In this document: in pieces, positions 39,065 to 51,896 of the stretch
How the letters are laid out: the number at the start of each line of letters is the position of its first letter
How positions within the stretch are numbered: position 1 is the first letter of the stretch
Notes under the pieces: generated by a model
The model's database searches: none
The model's input: the letters and a program-made list of their open reading frames with translations, nothing else
What the model was told of the DNA's origin: nothing
Position numbers and translations under genes: made by a program
Origin: Chiloscyllium plagiosum
Lineage: Eukaryota
Reading direction: 5' to 3'
Assembly (NCBI RefSeq): GCF_004010195.1
Contig: NC_057718.1
Location: 48,240,378 to 48,304,377 of the forward strand
DNA length: 64,000 nucleotides

Positions 39065-41777
39065 GCCGCAGCCTTGGTTGATCATGCCGCTTCCGCGACT
39101 GCTGACCAGACAACCGCCGCCGAGATGCACTGCCGCCGAGACCAACGCAAGACCCAATCAGAACAACATGTCTGCTCCCTCTGCCACTGCTGCAGCCATT
39201 CCAGCGTCCAACGACATCACCTATGCTGTGCGTTTCACGACTTCCACCCCTTATGTCATCACCTACACTACGTGTTCCACCACTTCCACCCCCACTGATG
39301 CCACTCACATGAACGCCACCAACACGCCCCCCGCGGGTCCCACAATTACTATCTCTCGCCCCCCCACCGATGCCTGGGGTAAGCGTCACTTCCATAAATG
39401 ACGTAACCTCCCCGGTCCCTCCTCTACCACACCCTCTCTAATTACAGTCTCCACCCCCCCCACTCCCAGCTCCAGCCTTATACCAGATCCTAGCTCCTAG
39501 CCCTGCTGAATTTTCACCCCAGACCTCCCCCTCACTGAGGATGAACGATCAGTCCTCAGCAAAGGCCTTACCTTCAATCCCCTCCACTCCCAGATCAACA
39601 AATTCAATATGAGTTGTGACATCGAACACTTCTTCTGCCGCCTCCACCTCCAAGCTTACTTATTCCATCAAGAGTCCTGCCCACCTTCTGAGGACCCCTA
39701 CGCTTGCGTCCAACACACCCCATCCAACTGGACACCCTGTGCCAGTCTGTTACCCGCCTTCGACCTCTTTATTTCCAACTGCCACCAGGGCATTGACCGC
39801 CTCAACATGTCCACCCCCCCTCACCCACTCCAACCTCTCACCCTCACATTCCACCACCACCCCATTCCCTCTGCTCCAACCCCAACCTCACCATCAAACC
39901 AGCAGACAAAGGGGGTGCAGTGATAGTTTGGCGCACCAACCTCTGCACCGCTGAAGCCAGGTGCCAACTCGAAGACACCTCCTCCTACAGCCTCCTTGAC
40001 CACAACCTAACCTCCCATCACGAAACCATCATCTCCCAGACCGTACACAACCTCATCACCTCAGGAGATCTCCCAGCCATAGCTTCTGACCTCATAGTTT
40101 GGGATCCTCACACCACCCGGATCTACCTCCTACCCAAGATCCACAAGCCTGATCAACCCGGCCAACCGATCGTCTCAGGCTGCTTCTGCCCCACTGAATC
40201 ATCTCCACCTACCTTGACACTGTCCTATCCCCACAGTCCAGGAACACCCCACATACGTTTGGGACACTATCCACGCCCTCCACCTCCTCCAAGACTTCCA
40301 TTTCCCTGGTCCCGAATGCCTTATCTTCACCATGGACATCCAGTCCCTCGATACCTCCATCTTCCATGATCAGGGTCTCCAAGCCCTCCATTTCTTTCTC
40401 TCCCGATGTCTCCAGCAGTACCCTTCCACTGACACTTTCATTCGTTTGGCTGACTCGAATCTTCCCACTTCCTCCAAATGAAAGGGGTAGCCATGGGCAG
40501 CGCATGGCTGTGCCTGTCTCTTTGTTGGATTCATAGAACAGTCCATCTTCTGTAGTTATACTGGCACCACTCCACACCTTTTCCTCCGCTACATTGATGA
40601 CAGCATCAGCGCCACCTCATGCTCCCGTGAGGAGTTTGAACAGTTCATCAACTTCACCAACACATTCCACCCTGACCTTAAATTCATCTAGACTTTCTCG
40701 GACAACCCCCTCCCTCCTCTCCATCTCCATTAACGATGACTGACTCAACACTGACATTTTCCATAAACCCACCGACTCCCACAGCTACCTGGATTACACC
40801 TCCTTCCACCCTGCCTCCTGCAAAAACACTATCCCTTATTCCCAATTCCTCCGCCTCCGCCATATCTGCTCCCAGGAGGACCAGTTCCACTACAGAACAC
40901 ACCAGATGGCCTCCTTCTTTAAAGACCACAATTTCCCCTTCCACGTGGTCGATGATGCCCACCAGCACAGCCCATCCACCTCCTGCACCTCCACTCTCAA
41001 ACCCCACCCCTCCAACCGCAACAAGGACTTCCCCTGCCACTGCAGGAATTGCAAAACCTGCGCCCACACCTCCGTCTAAGGCCTCAAAGGAGCCTTCCAC
41101 ATCCATCAAAGTTTCACCTGCACCTCCACACATGTCATTTACTATATCTGTTGCTCCCAATGCAGTTTCCTGTACAGTGGGAAGACAAGATGCCTACTCG
41201 CAGAGTGCTTCATAGAACATCTCTGGGATACCTGCACCTACCAACCCCACTGCCCCATGGCTGAACACTTCCTCTCTCCCTCCCACTCCACTGAGTACAT
41301 GCAGGTCCTGGGCCTCCTGCATCACCACTGTCTAACCACCTGATGCTTGGATGAAGGACAACTCATCTTCTACATTGAAACCCTCCATCTCCTTGGCATC
41401 AATGTGGATTGCACCAGTTTCCTCATTTCACCTCCCCTCATCTTATCCCAGTTCCAACTTTCCAGCTCAGCACCGCACTCATGACCTGTCCTACTTGTCC
41501 ATCTTCCTTCCAACCTATCTGCTCTACCCTCCCTTCCAACCTATCACCATTATCCCTATCTCCATCTACATGTCACACTCTCTGCTACCTTCCCTCAGTC
41601 CCACCCCCTTCCTATTTATCCCTCAGCCCCGAGGCTTCCAGCCTCATGCCTGATGAAGAGTTTTTGCATGAAACATCGATTTTCCTGCTCCTCAGATGCT
41701 GCCTGACCTGCTGTGCTTTTCCACACCATACTCTCGACTCTAATCTCCAGTATCTGCAGTCCTCACTTTTGCCTAGT
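39065..41777 (+). mobile_element. Penelope-like element (Neptune-type), about 2.7 kb, degenerate RT + Zn linker + GIY-YIG
   Basis: YLLPKIHKP..PIVS, FTMDIQSL, FLRYIDD, KPTDSHSYL, PCHCRNCKTC and FTCTSTHVIY motifs. Decayed hammerhead at about 41650. 10-bp TSD tgtatttagg at 39055-39064 and 41778-41787. Confidence 0.92.
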
Positions 41778-42581
41778 TGTATTTAGGCACAGCAGACTAG
41801 GCTTTCCAATCAGGTGCTGATGAATGATAGTGTTAATGCAGAATTGAAGTCTATGAATAGTAGTCTGTCATAGGTGTCCTTCTTCTCCAGATGGCTAATG
41901 GCCAGATGGCGGGTAGTGGAATTGGCATCATCAATTGAGTGGTTGGGACAATACACAAACTGCAGGGTGTCCAGTGAAGGGGGCAGTAGCGTCTTAATAC
42001 GAGTCTCTCGATGGGTGTTAGTGCAAAGAGGTGATAGTTGTTGAGACGGAACGCTGAAGACCTCTTCGGCACGGGAACGATGGTAGTGGCCTTGAAACAC
42101 GTTGGAACTATGGTGCAGCTCAGGGAGATGTTGAAGATGCCCATGAGAACATCCACAGTATGTCAGAATATCCTCTGAGCACTCTGCCAGGGATGTTATC
42201 TGTTCCAGCAGCCTTACATGGGTTGACTCTGCATAGAGTTCTCCTCATGTCGGCTGTGGTAAAACACTGCACCTGGTCATTGGGAGGGGGCGTAGACTTC
42301 CTCACTGCCATGTCATGTCGTGCCTCAAACATTTGCATAAAGGTTGTTCAACTCATTCAGTCGGGAGGCATCACTAGCACAAGGAGGTAGTGCTGTTCTG
42401 TGGTTGCTAATGGCTGGATGCCCTTCCACATGCTCCGTGTATCGCCGCTGACCTGAAAGTGGCTGTGTTTTCTCTGTGCGTGTGCACGCTTTGCCTCTGA
42501 TGACCCGGGTCAGGTTGACCCTCGCTGTTGTTAGGGCCGCCTTGTCATCTGCTCTGAAGGTGGAATTCCGGAGCCTCATCA

Positions 42582-42615
42582 ACACACACACACACACACG
42601 CACACACACACGCAC
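42582..42615. repeat. (CA)n microsatellite inside the Rex element
   Basis: acacacacacacacacacgcacacacacacgcac. Confidence 0.9.
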
Positions 42616-44559
42616 CTTTGCAACCATCTGCAGCTTCTGGTTGGGGTGAGACATGATGGTCTTGGACACAGTGACATCATCAATACACTTGCTAATGTAG
42701 CAAATCACTGACACGGTGTACTCCTCGACGTTGATGGAATAGCCATTGGTTGCCGCCTCCCTGAACACACGCCAGTCAGTGCGCTCAGAACTGGTTTGAC
42801 ACATCTAACAAGCGGTCTCTATGCTGAGATTAGCATAACAGAGATGTGATCTGAGGATCCGAGGTGGGGCTGGGGCTCTGCCCTGTATGTGTTGGAGATG
42901 TTTGTATAAACCAGATTGAGCGTGTTCCCCCCCCCATTGTCGCCGTGTCCACATGCTGGCGGAATTTAGGGAGCACAGTCTTGAGATTTGCATGGTTGAA
43001 GTCTCCAGCAATAATAAAGAGCCCATCAAGGTGTGCATTCTGCAGTCCACTAACAGCTCATATATTTCACAGAGTATCTCCTTAGCATTAGCATTGGGAG
43101 GAATATACACCCTGATTATAAGGATAGCTTTAAATTCCTACGGCAAATAAAATAGTCTGCACCTAACAGTCACAAACTCTACCAATGATGAGCAATAACT
43201 GGAGACTAGCATGGAGTCTTTGCACCATTTCATGTTGGTGCAGACACACAGACTGCCCCACCCCGAGCATTTCCGCACAGAGCTGCATTTCTGTTGGCAT
43301 GAAACAAGCCGAGCCTGTCTAGCTTGATGGTGATGTGTGGAACTCTGTCGTTGAGCTATATTTCCACAAAAACAAGGACTCAGCAGCTTCTGATGAATTC
43401 CAGTTTATTGTCCAGGGAACAGATGTTGGAGAGCAGAATGGACAGTAGGGCTGGGCCGGCTGCGGTTTATTTTTAGCTTGGCATGAACTCCTGCACACTT
43501 ACCGTGCTTCTGCCTCCTCGCACACCGATGACTCAACACCCGGCCACCAGCACCGGATGAGGCCGAGGACTGGAGGCCTGGTCTCCGCGGCAAGCCAAGA
43601 TCGTGTAACTCCTTAATCAGCTCTCCAGTCTCTGTTTGGCAACACTCCCCAATAACTTATCATTTAGCGTATAAGTTCTGCCCTGATTTGCCTCACCAAA
43701 ATGCAGCACCTCACACTTACCTAGATTAAACTCCATCTGCCACTCCTCAGTCATTGGCCTGTCTGATTGTAATCTGAGGTAGCCTTTACTGTCCACTGCA
43801 CCACCAATTTTAGTGTCATCTACAGACTTACTGACCGTAACTCCTAAATCATTTATATAAATGACAAAAAGCAGTGGACTCAGCACCGATCTTTGCGGCA
43901 CACCACTGGTCATAGACCTTCAGTCCGAAAATCAACCGTCTGCCACCCCCCTCTGTCTCTTATCTTTGAGTCAATTTTGTATACAAATGGCTAGTTCTCC
44001 CTGTATTCCATATGATCTAACCTTGTTAACCATGTGGAATCTTGACGAATGCCTCTCTATGCCCCTTAGATTCAAAAGCAAGTGGGTGTACCCAGTATGA
44101 CATATGGGTCTGACATTGTATGTCTTAAGTGTGCTGGACATCCAGGGTGCATGACAGAAGGTGTTACCTGCTGAGTTAAAGTGTTTATTGAAAGGTGCTA
44201 TACTCTGAACCTTTTTATTAAAATATATGATCAAGAAACAGGTGTCGGCAATTCAACCGCTCAGGCCTGTTCCACCATTTAATACAATCATGGATGACTT
44301 TATGTCGCCTCATCTCCACTTAGCTGTCTGTTCTTCATAACTCTTAAACACATTATTGATTAAAAATATGTCTATCTCCTCAAATTTATTCAGCATCCTG
44401 GAGTCCACTGCCAGTGAATTCTACAGGTTCACAACTCTTTGAGAGAAGATATTCCTACTCATCTCGGATTTAAATCTATCACCCCATGGTCTAAAACTAT
44501 GACCTCTTGTTCTAGATTTCCCTTGTGGGGGCAAACATCTGCTCTATGCCTACTTTTCA

Positions 44560-44830
44560 GTAGGTACACAGATACTCTTCCCCAACTCTTCTGCTGTTAT
44601 ATTGATGACTGAATCGGTGCTGCATCCTGCACCCAGGCTGAACTGGAGCAGCTCATTGACTTTGCCAACAATTTCCAGCCTGCCCTTAAATTCACTTGGC
44701 CCATCTCAGGCATCTCCCTCCACTTCCTTGACCTCTTGATTTCCATCTTTGGTGACAGTTTACGGATTCACATTTACTACAAACCCACAGACTCCTATAA
44801 CTACCTGGACTACACCACCTCCACCCCTTA
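44560..44830 (+). mobile_element. PLE RT fragment within a degenerate minus-strand CR1 end (about 44235-44995)
   Basis: FCCYIDD, NNFQPALKFTW and YKPTDSYNYLDY remnants. Confidence 0.7.
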
Positions 44831-45715
44831 TCCTGCATGACCTTCCTACACCTACTTATTCAATTCCCTTTATCATTTTATACCCCTCAATTAGATCTCC
44901 TCTCATCTTTCTGAACTCCAGAGATTACAGGGCCTAGACTTCTCAATCTCTCCTCATAAGTCAAACCTTTCAGCTCTGGAATTAATCTGGTGAATTGTTT
45001 ATGATATTGGGCTGACCCACCGAACAACTCAAATATTAATAGGCAAAAGGAACTGTTCAGCTATTTCAAGGGTTCATCCACTACAAACAGATTAGTTTGT
45101 TTGGCAATTGAGCAAACTTACTGGGTATTTCTTGGTCTTTTTATCATTGTGGAAACTCATTTCAGAGTTCTGACAGGGAGATTTTGTTTGTCATTAAAAA
45201 CTAATTATCCTGAAGTCATGAGTAGTCTGTAGCCTTAGATGCCTGTAATTCATAAAGGAGACTGTTACTAAGATTTGCTAGGTACTGCAGCCACAATGCA
45301 AGTCTCAAATTAGGACCTGGACACCAATGTCTGTGGTTGTTGAGATTACTGCAGTGCTGGCATCCAAGTGATATCAGCAATGATCCAAGACACATTCAAC
45401 TGATATCAGCAATATCTCACAGTTTGTGGTCTGGAAGACAGAGCACTGTGGATCTCTGTGTGAGGAGGAGATAAATGCTTGTAATCTCCACTTTAGATCA
45501 CATTAGAGTGGCAAGGGCCAAGGTGGGATCATGTTATTTTTTTGGAAGTAGATGGTGCCTGCTGCAAGGTGCATGCATCTTGACCAGAGAAGGATGCAGC
45601 GTTGTTTGGGAGAGTGTCTGGGATGCCTTTTCTGGAAGACAGATCTATCAGACCTCCGATTGGGGGGCTATTCTGAGAAGGCCGCTGAAGTATTTCTGGG
45701 GTCTTGCAAGCCTGA

Positions 45716-47918
45716 GTGAGGGTAGGGCTGATCAGGGATTGTGGAGGAAACTTGTGCCTGGAGGTGGAGGAGTTAGGGGAGGTTCTTAATGAATACTTTG
45801 CTTCGGTATTCACTCGTAAGAAGGACTTGTCTTTTGATATGCTCAAACCGGTTGATGTTAAGAAGGAGGATGTGCTGGAAAGTTTGAAAAACACGAGGAT
45901 AGATAAGTCTCCTGGACCAGATGGCATATACCCAAGGTGGTAAAAACAATGACTGCAGATGCTGGAAACCAGATTCTGGATTAGTGGTGTTGGAAGAGCA
46001 CAGCAGTTCAGGCAGCATCCAAGCTGGAAAGTTTGAAAAACACGAGGATAGATAAGTCTCCTGGGCCAGATGGCATATACCCAAGGTGGTAAAAACAATG
46101 AATGCAGATGCTGGAAACCAGATTCTGGATTAGTGGTGTTGGAAGAGCACAGCAGTTCAGGCAGCATCCAAGGAGTGAGGCGGAAGATGAGGCATTCTTC
46201 CTCCAGGCGTCTGGTGGTGAAGAAGCGGCGATGAAGGAGGCCCAGGACCTCCATATCCTCGGCAGAATGGGAGGGGGAGTTGAAATGTTGGGCCACAGGG
46301 CGGTGTGGTTGATTGGTGCGGGTGTCCCGGAGATGTTCCCTAAAGCGCTCTGCTAGGAGGCGCCCAGTCTCCCCAATGTAGAGGAGACGGGATATACCCA
46401 AGGCTATTATGGGAAGTGAGGAAAGAGATTACTGTGCCTTTGGTGATGATCTTTGCATCCTCACTGTTCACTGGAGTAGTACCAGATGATTGGAGGGTGG
46501 CAAATGCTATTCCCTTGTTCAAGAAAGGGAATAAGGGCAACCTTAGGAATTACAGAACAGTCAGTCTTACATCGGTGGTGGTCAAATCTTTGGAGAGAAT
46601 TTTGAGAGATGAATTTATAATTATTTGGAAAAGCATAACTTGATTAGAGATTGTCAACATGGCTTTGTGAGGAGCAGATCATGCCTTGCAAGCCTTGTTG
46701 AATTCTTTTGAGGATGTGACAAAACACACTGATGAAGGTAGAGCAATGGATGTGGTGTACATGGATTTTAGCAAGACGTTTGATAAGTTTCCCCATGGGA
46801 GGGTCATTCAGAAAGTAAGGGGGCATGGGATACAGGGAAATTTGGCTGTCTGGATATAGAATTGAGTGGCCCATAGAAGACAGGGGTGGTAGTTGATGGA
46901 AAATATTCAGCCTGGAGCTTGGTGACCAATGGTATTCCACAAGAATCTGTTCTGGGATCTCCACTCTTTGTGATTTTTATAAATGACTTGGATGAGGAGG
47001 TGGAAGGGTGGGTTAGTAAGTTTGCAATGACATGAAGGTTGGTGGAACTATGGATAGTGTAGAGGGCTATTATAGGTTGCAACAAGACATTTGACAGGAT
47101 GTGGAGCTGGGATGAGAAGATGTAGTTCAACTTAGAAAAGTGTGAAGTGATTCATTTTGGAAAGTTGAATTTAAATGCAGATTACAGGGTTAAAGGCAGG
47201 ATTCTTGGCAGTGTGGAGGAACCAAGGGGTTTGGTGTTCATAGATCCCTCAAAGTTGCCACCCAAGTTGATAGCGTTGTTAAGGAGGCGCATTGTATGTT
47301 GGCTTTCATTAGCAAGGGGATTGAGTTTAAGAGCTGTGAGGTAATGCTGCAGCTCTATAGACCTCTGGTTAGACCATACTTGGAATATTGTGTTCAGTTC
47401 TGGTCGCCTCATCATAGGAAGGATGTGGAGGGTTTAGAGAGGGTGCAGAGGAGATTTACCAGGATGCTGCCTGGACTGGAGGGCATGTTGTATGAAGAAA
47501 TGTTGAGAGACCTAGGGCTTTTCTCATTGGAGTGAAGAAGGATGAGAGGTGACTAGATTGAGGTGTACAAGATGATAAGAGGCATACATAAAGTGGATAG
47601 CCAGAAACATTTTCCCAGGGTGGAAATGGTTATTACGAGGGCGCATAATTTTAAGGTGATTGGAGGAAGGTTTAGGGGAGATGTCAGAGGTAGGTTCTTT
47701 ACATAGAGAGTGATGGGTTGGTGGAATATACTGCCAGCAGTGGTAGTAAAATCAGATATATTACGGACATTTAAGTGACTCTCGGAGAGGCACATGGATG
47801 ATGTAAAATGTAAGGTGTGTAGGTTAGTTTAATCTTAGAGTAGGATAAAAGGTTGGCACAACATTGAGTGCTGAATGGCTTGTAATGTGCCGTACTGTTC
47901 TATGTTCTATGTTCTATG
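45716..47918 (+). mobile_element. CR1 (HER1-like) LINE, RT domain to 3' tail, with a PLE insertion
   Basis: LNEYFASVF, DKSPGPDGIYPR, DWRVANAIPLFKKG, NYRTVSLTS and LEYCVQFWSP motifs; (gttctat)n tail. Confidence 0.93.
45938..46391 (-). mobile_element. Rearranged Neptune-type PLE fragment with duplicated junction
   Basis: LLYIGETGRLLAERFREHLRD...VAQHFNS (GIY-YIG). The 3' terminus is present twice. Target sequence atatacccaagg occurs at 45926, 46075 and 46392. Confidence 0.88.
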
Positions 47919-48409
47919 CAAGCCAAAGAATCACTGAGTGACTACATGGGACCCATGCACTTATGAAAAGACCAGCTGCTGGGTAGCAGGGAGGCGAAGG
48001 CTGCAGGAGCCTTTAGTTTGAGGACTGTCTCTCCTTGGTCCTGAACACTTTCAGTATTGGCCTCTGTTTTGGAGTTTCGCTCTCCACAGACTCAATTTGA
48101 GAAGTTGTACACAGAGATGAAACTAGATATCCTGTCTTCTCCCCAATTCCTTTGAGGTGAAGCTGCACTCCCAATTGGCTTACACTGAGAGTCTCTGATC
48201 CTTTAGGAAATTGAAACATTGCTTCTCATCATATTTCACTGATATTGGCTCCATTGTGATCCTCCGACTCAGCTGATCAACATGTAGAATATCTCAATAA
48301 ATATAATGCTTATACTATTTCACTCCTTAATAAATATCACCATATTAAAAAAATGATGACAGGAAATGCATGCAGTCCTAAGAACTTTAAGAAATTAACC
48401 TTGTCAGCT

Positions 48410-48512
48410 TTTTGACAAAGGGTCAGTTAGACTTGAAATGTCAGCTGTTTTCTCTCCTTACAGATGCTGCCAGACCTGCTGAGATTTTCTAGCATTTTCT
48501 CTTTTGGTTTTG
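48410..48512 (+). mobile_element. PLE terminal fragment with decayed hammerhead
   Basis: ttgacaaagggtcagttagacttgaaatgtc...cagatgctgccagacctgctgag; same family as 3697-3787. Confidence 0.6.
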
Positions 48513-49454
48513 TCAACTGAGTCTGGATGCAGTGCTCAAGATGTGATCCCACCATAGCAGTGTACTGTTAGTTTATGACTTATGAAAACATTGACTTGTA
48601 TGTAACTGTTTTAGCTATTCAACATTGGTTGTGTGTTGCTTTGGTTTAGTGTCAAGTCTGTGAAGATGGTTTTCTTCTTGTCCTGACAATACCCAACAAC
48701 ACGATTTGTTGCCTATATTTTTTTTTCATCTTGTTTAGTACTTAGCGCTTGTCTGCCTTTCATTTCAATGAATGTTGATTTGACCAAGTACTTTCTCCAA
48801 CACACTCTGGCCATTTACCCAATTCAATTTCTCCACTTGGGCAGGGAACAAACACAAAATATTTCATGTCATTATTTTCTGATCTTGAGTTTGCAATATA
48901 TTTAACATAACTAAGTTATGTTACTAAGCAATTCAGTTTATTTTAATTTTCTTTTTTCTGAATGGTGTCCTCCTTAATCCTTATGGTCTTAATTCTATAT
49001 TGAGCTATGGTTTTTCAAGTGCAAATCACTCCCTGGTACCTTGTCCACACGGTTATTATTCTTAACTGAACCTCAATACTGAATGCTGCCAAGCTATTTG
49101 ACTGCAAGAAGCATCATCCCCAGAGCACAGAGACTCACAGCTGAGCACTCTTATCTGCCCCCAGTATCCAGACAAGCTCACTTTCACAAGGATCATTTAA
49201 TAGTGATCAGTAGTGTTAAGTCTGATTTATAATCTATTTAGTAATGCAGCCTGGTTTAATATATTTGCTATTAACAAATCAGAGTAAGTTTGTTAAGCCC
49301 AGTGGGGAACCTCAGGTGAATCTAGGTGTGCTGACTCTCTAATCTTTGCTGCCATGGAGCATGGTTTCTGGTGAAAAAGTGTAGGTTCACTTTAGGCAAC
49401 TTAAGTCAAAGAACAAAATTATATATTTTAATAAAGATTTCCATTTGATATCAG

Positions 49455-49752
49455 GTTTCGACAGGTAATTGCTGAATACGAGCCCGAGGTTCACGAAGTG
49501 TTACAATTATTCCGGGCTGTTCTTCAGGATGCTTTTGAGCAAATGAAGGAAGATCAAGATACTAATAAACTAACCAGGCAGTGGAACAAGAAACAGACAA
49601 TGAGTCTCTCCACGACAATATTTAAATCACGAGTAAGGATCTATCCTTTCAGCAGTAATATCAAGACAGTGTCAGAAGATGTGGAGCAAGGCTTTGAGTC
49701 AGCCAGACGAGTATGGAGTATGCCAGAGTTCAAAACTGCTAAAGACTTCTGA
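49455..49752 (+). CDS. RD3: RD3-family protein, last coding exon
   Basis: Acceptor tttgatatcag|G completes the split Arg codon (AG+G). Reads FRQVIAEYEPEVHEVLQLFRAVLQ...KLTRQW...FKSRVRIYPFSSNIKTVSEDVE...RVWSMPEF to TGA at 49750-49752. Spliced CDS is 296+298=594 nt, or 197 aa. These motifs match RD3 rather than mammalian RD3L. Confidence 0.95.
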
Positions 49753-50090
49753 TGGCTTGCACTATTTCTACTTTTCTAACAGACATTCTGCTGTAGAGAT
49801 GATTAGTTATCATATTTAATCATTGAATCTTAGATTGATACTTGTCTTTCAGCAATGTGACTGCTATGAATGTGCATGGCTTGCTTACTGTGAACTCACA
49901 GATACAAAGCTGAGTGACTTATTCTTGGGAATGTAGATGGAATTTGTTTCTGGCTAAACTATGAAATGGAGGATAGTTGCTTTTAAACTGCAACTGATTA
50001 TCATCACAATTGAATACCAACTGCACTTACAATGGATAATTATGATTTATCGGAATATGATATTGGTATGTTATCAGTTTTTTGAGGACT

Positions 50091-50096
50091 AATAAA
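50091..50096 (+). terminator. Candidate polyadenylation signal of RD3
   Basis: AATAAA about 340 nt after the stop codon. An alternative AATAAA lies at 50841. Confidence 0.4.
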
Positions 50097-51896
50097 AATT
50101 CTATCAGTAATGTAAGTGATCTCACTTCAATCCTTTCCATAGATGAATCTCTCTGCAGCACAGGTAGTGAAAAAATCCAGAATCATATGCTGATCATTCT
50201 CAGCTGTATTTTTAATGCTTCACGCAGTGCACCTTGTTAAACAGTTTGACCAGTTAGAAATCATTTCACTTTCATTGTCATTAGATATCATTAGCTAATA
50301 ATAGTCAAGAATAAGCAACAATGTGACTTTTGTACTGAAGGCATCCCAACCCTCTTTCATTCAACATAAGGTTTCAAATAAGAGTTGCATTCATTTTCAG
50401 GAAATGAAGACAAGGGAATGCTTTGTACCCATCAGTTTTGCATTGTACCCATCAGGATTGCACTTCTTGAAGCAGAATGATTTTTTCCAAAGAACGGGGA
50501 AGTCTATGAAGTCTTCAGATTAAGTGAGGCATTTGAGACTAAAACTGGGGAAAAGAAGGGATTTAAACTCATTTAAATAAGCTTTATTTCAATTCTTGTT
50601 GTTAAGCATTTCTTACCTTGTATTGTATGGCATTTCTTGTGTCATACATCACTTCCCCTCAGGTTAACCATGAAATCAGTTCCAATGTCCTGACAAAGCC
50701 ATTCAACAAAACGACAATTAGTTGTAGGAGAGTAGCCCAAATGTTGTCTGTTAAAATATTCTCTCTTTCTTTTGGTAGAAATTTGGGCTGAACTTTACCA
50801 AAAATCAGCTAACACGATATCAACACATATAAGTGTAGGTAATAAATTTAAAAGGGAGAATGTCTGGGTAAGACAGGAAGAGTAAAGGTTTGCTGATCAA
50901 CAGTCCTTCCAATCCTTGAGGTGTTAGATTCTTAACTTGAGGCCACAGTTTTTTAGTGGTTGACCTGTATCATTAGCAGAATCTGTAGATCTCTTTTAGT
51001 TTACAGTGAATAGCCATTTTCCTAATTTGATTTTTCATCAGAGGCTGTATTCCGAGATGATGAGAGAAACATGCAGGAAGAAAGAGAATTCCAGCTCTGG
51101 TTGTCATAATTCAGTATTTCCTTTTCCCTGCTTCTTGAAATAGCTGTTGAAACATAGTTTAGTGTGTAATCCAGAGTCCAGCTCCACTATCTTTCCAAAC
51201 TGGCTAACTGATCACTGAGAGCACGGATATTCTGCCAAAAGAATTAAACAAATAACATATCAAGAAATACTACTGTTGGCTTGCTACTTACCCTATTTTA
51301 TTCAAACACAAAATATCACAAAACATATGCAAACTTAGCCATATACTTGCCTTCATTAAAATTTGCCTCTGTGCTTAGAGGAAGTTTGAGAAAGTGTTTC
51401 AGTAATCACAACCAAACAGCAACACCCCCCACCCCCAATGTGTGTGGAGGTAATCTGTTTGGAGGCTATTTTTATCTGTTTATTGCCCTGAAACTCACAC
51501 CAATAATTCATAGCAATATTCCCCACGAGTTGCTCTCAATATGTATATGCTTTTCCTATCATCTACAGTCCTTATGACAATTGCAGGCACCAGTGAGGCA
51601 AGTGATGTTGCAGAAGCAAACATGAGAGATGTAAAGCAGAAGAGAATAAGTGAAATTTAAATGAAATTATATAAGGTGAGTTGCCAGAGGAGGACAATAT
51701 ATTCTAGATGGGTCTGAAAGAGTTAGTACTGAAGAAATGTCAGAAGCAACATCCATTATGATGCTATCATGGATTTAAGGGCAAAACAGCTGGGAACCTT
51801 GAAGGGGTGAGACCAAAGATTTACTCCTCCTCAAAGTCTCTATCAATGTCCATCATTTCAATGTTGCTAACAAGCAGTAAATACATCTTGTTAACT

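Larger units (their letters stand above)
37963..43619 (-). mobile_element. Rex1/Babar-type LINE (APE + RT, degenerate), split by a PLE
   Basis: YIPPNANAK (APE), [47 protein letters not shown] and LFSLLPSGRRY motifs. Short tandem tail near 37965. Flanked by gc(a/t)ctccag. Confidence 0.88.
37655..44055 (-). mobile_element. CR1 LINE split into 37655-37962 and 43620-44055 by a Rex/Babar insertion
   Basis: Left piece [16 protein letters not shown]; right piece TSGVPQRSVLSPLLFVIYINDL...WQMEFNLGKCEVLHFG. The two pieces are contiguous in CR1 order. Confidence 0.85.

Noticed and set aside
45529..46401. 290-aa ORF as a GIY-YIG fusion gene
   Set aside because: Chimeric read-through of a PLE fragment, a tandem duplication and antisense CR1.
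33234..49752. Calling the gene RD3L nested in TDRD9
   Set aside because: The motifs (ETLMMEL, KIHPxYCGP, WSMPEF) match RD3, not mammalian RD3L, and I found no convincing TDRD9 exon on the minus strand.
49498..49752. Stand-alone 84-aa gene
   Set aside because: It is the in-frame 3' part of the last RD3 exon; the GTG start is an ORF-caller artefact.
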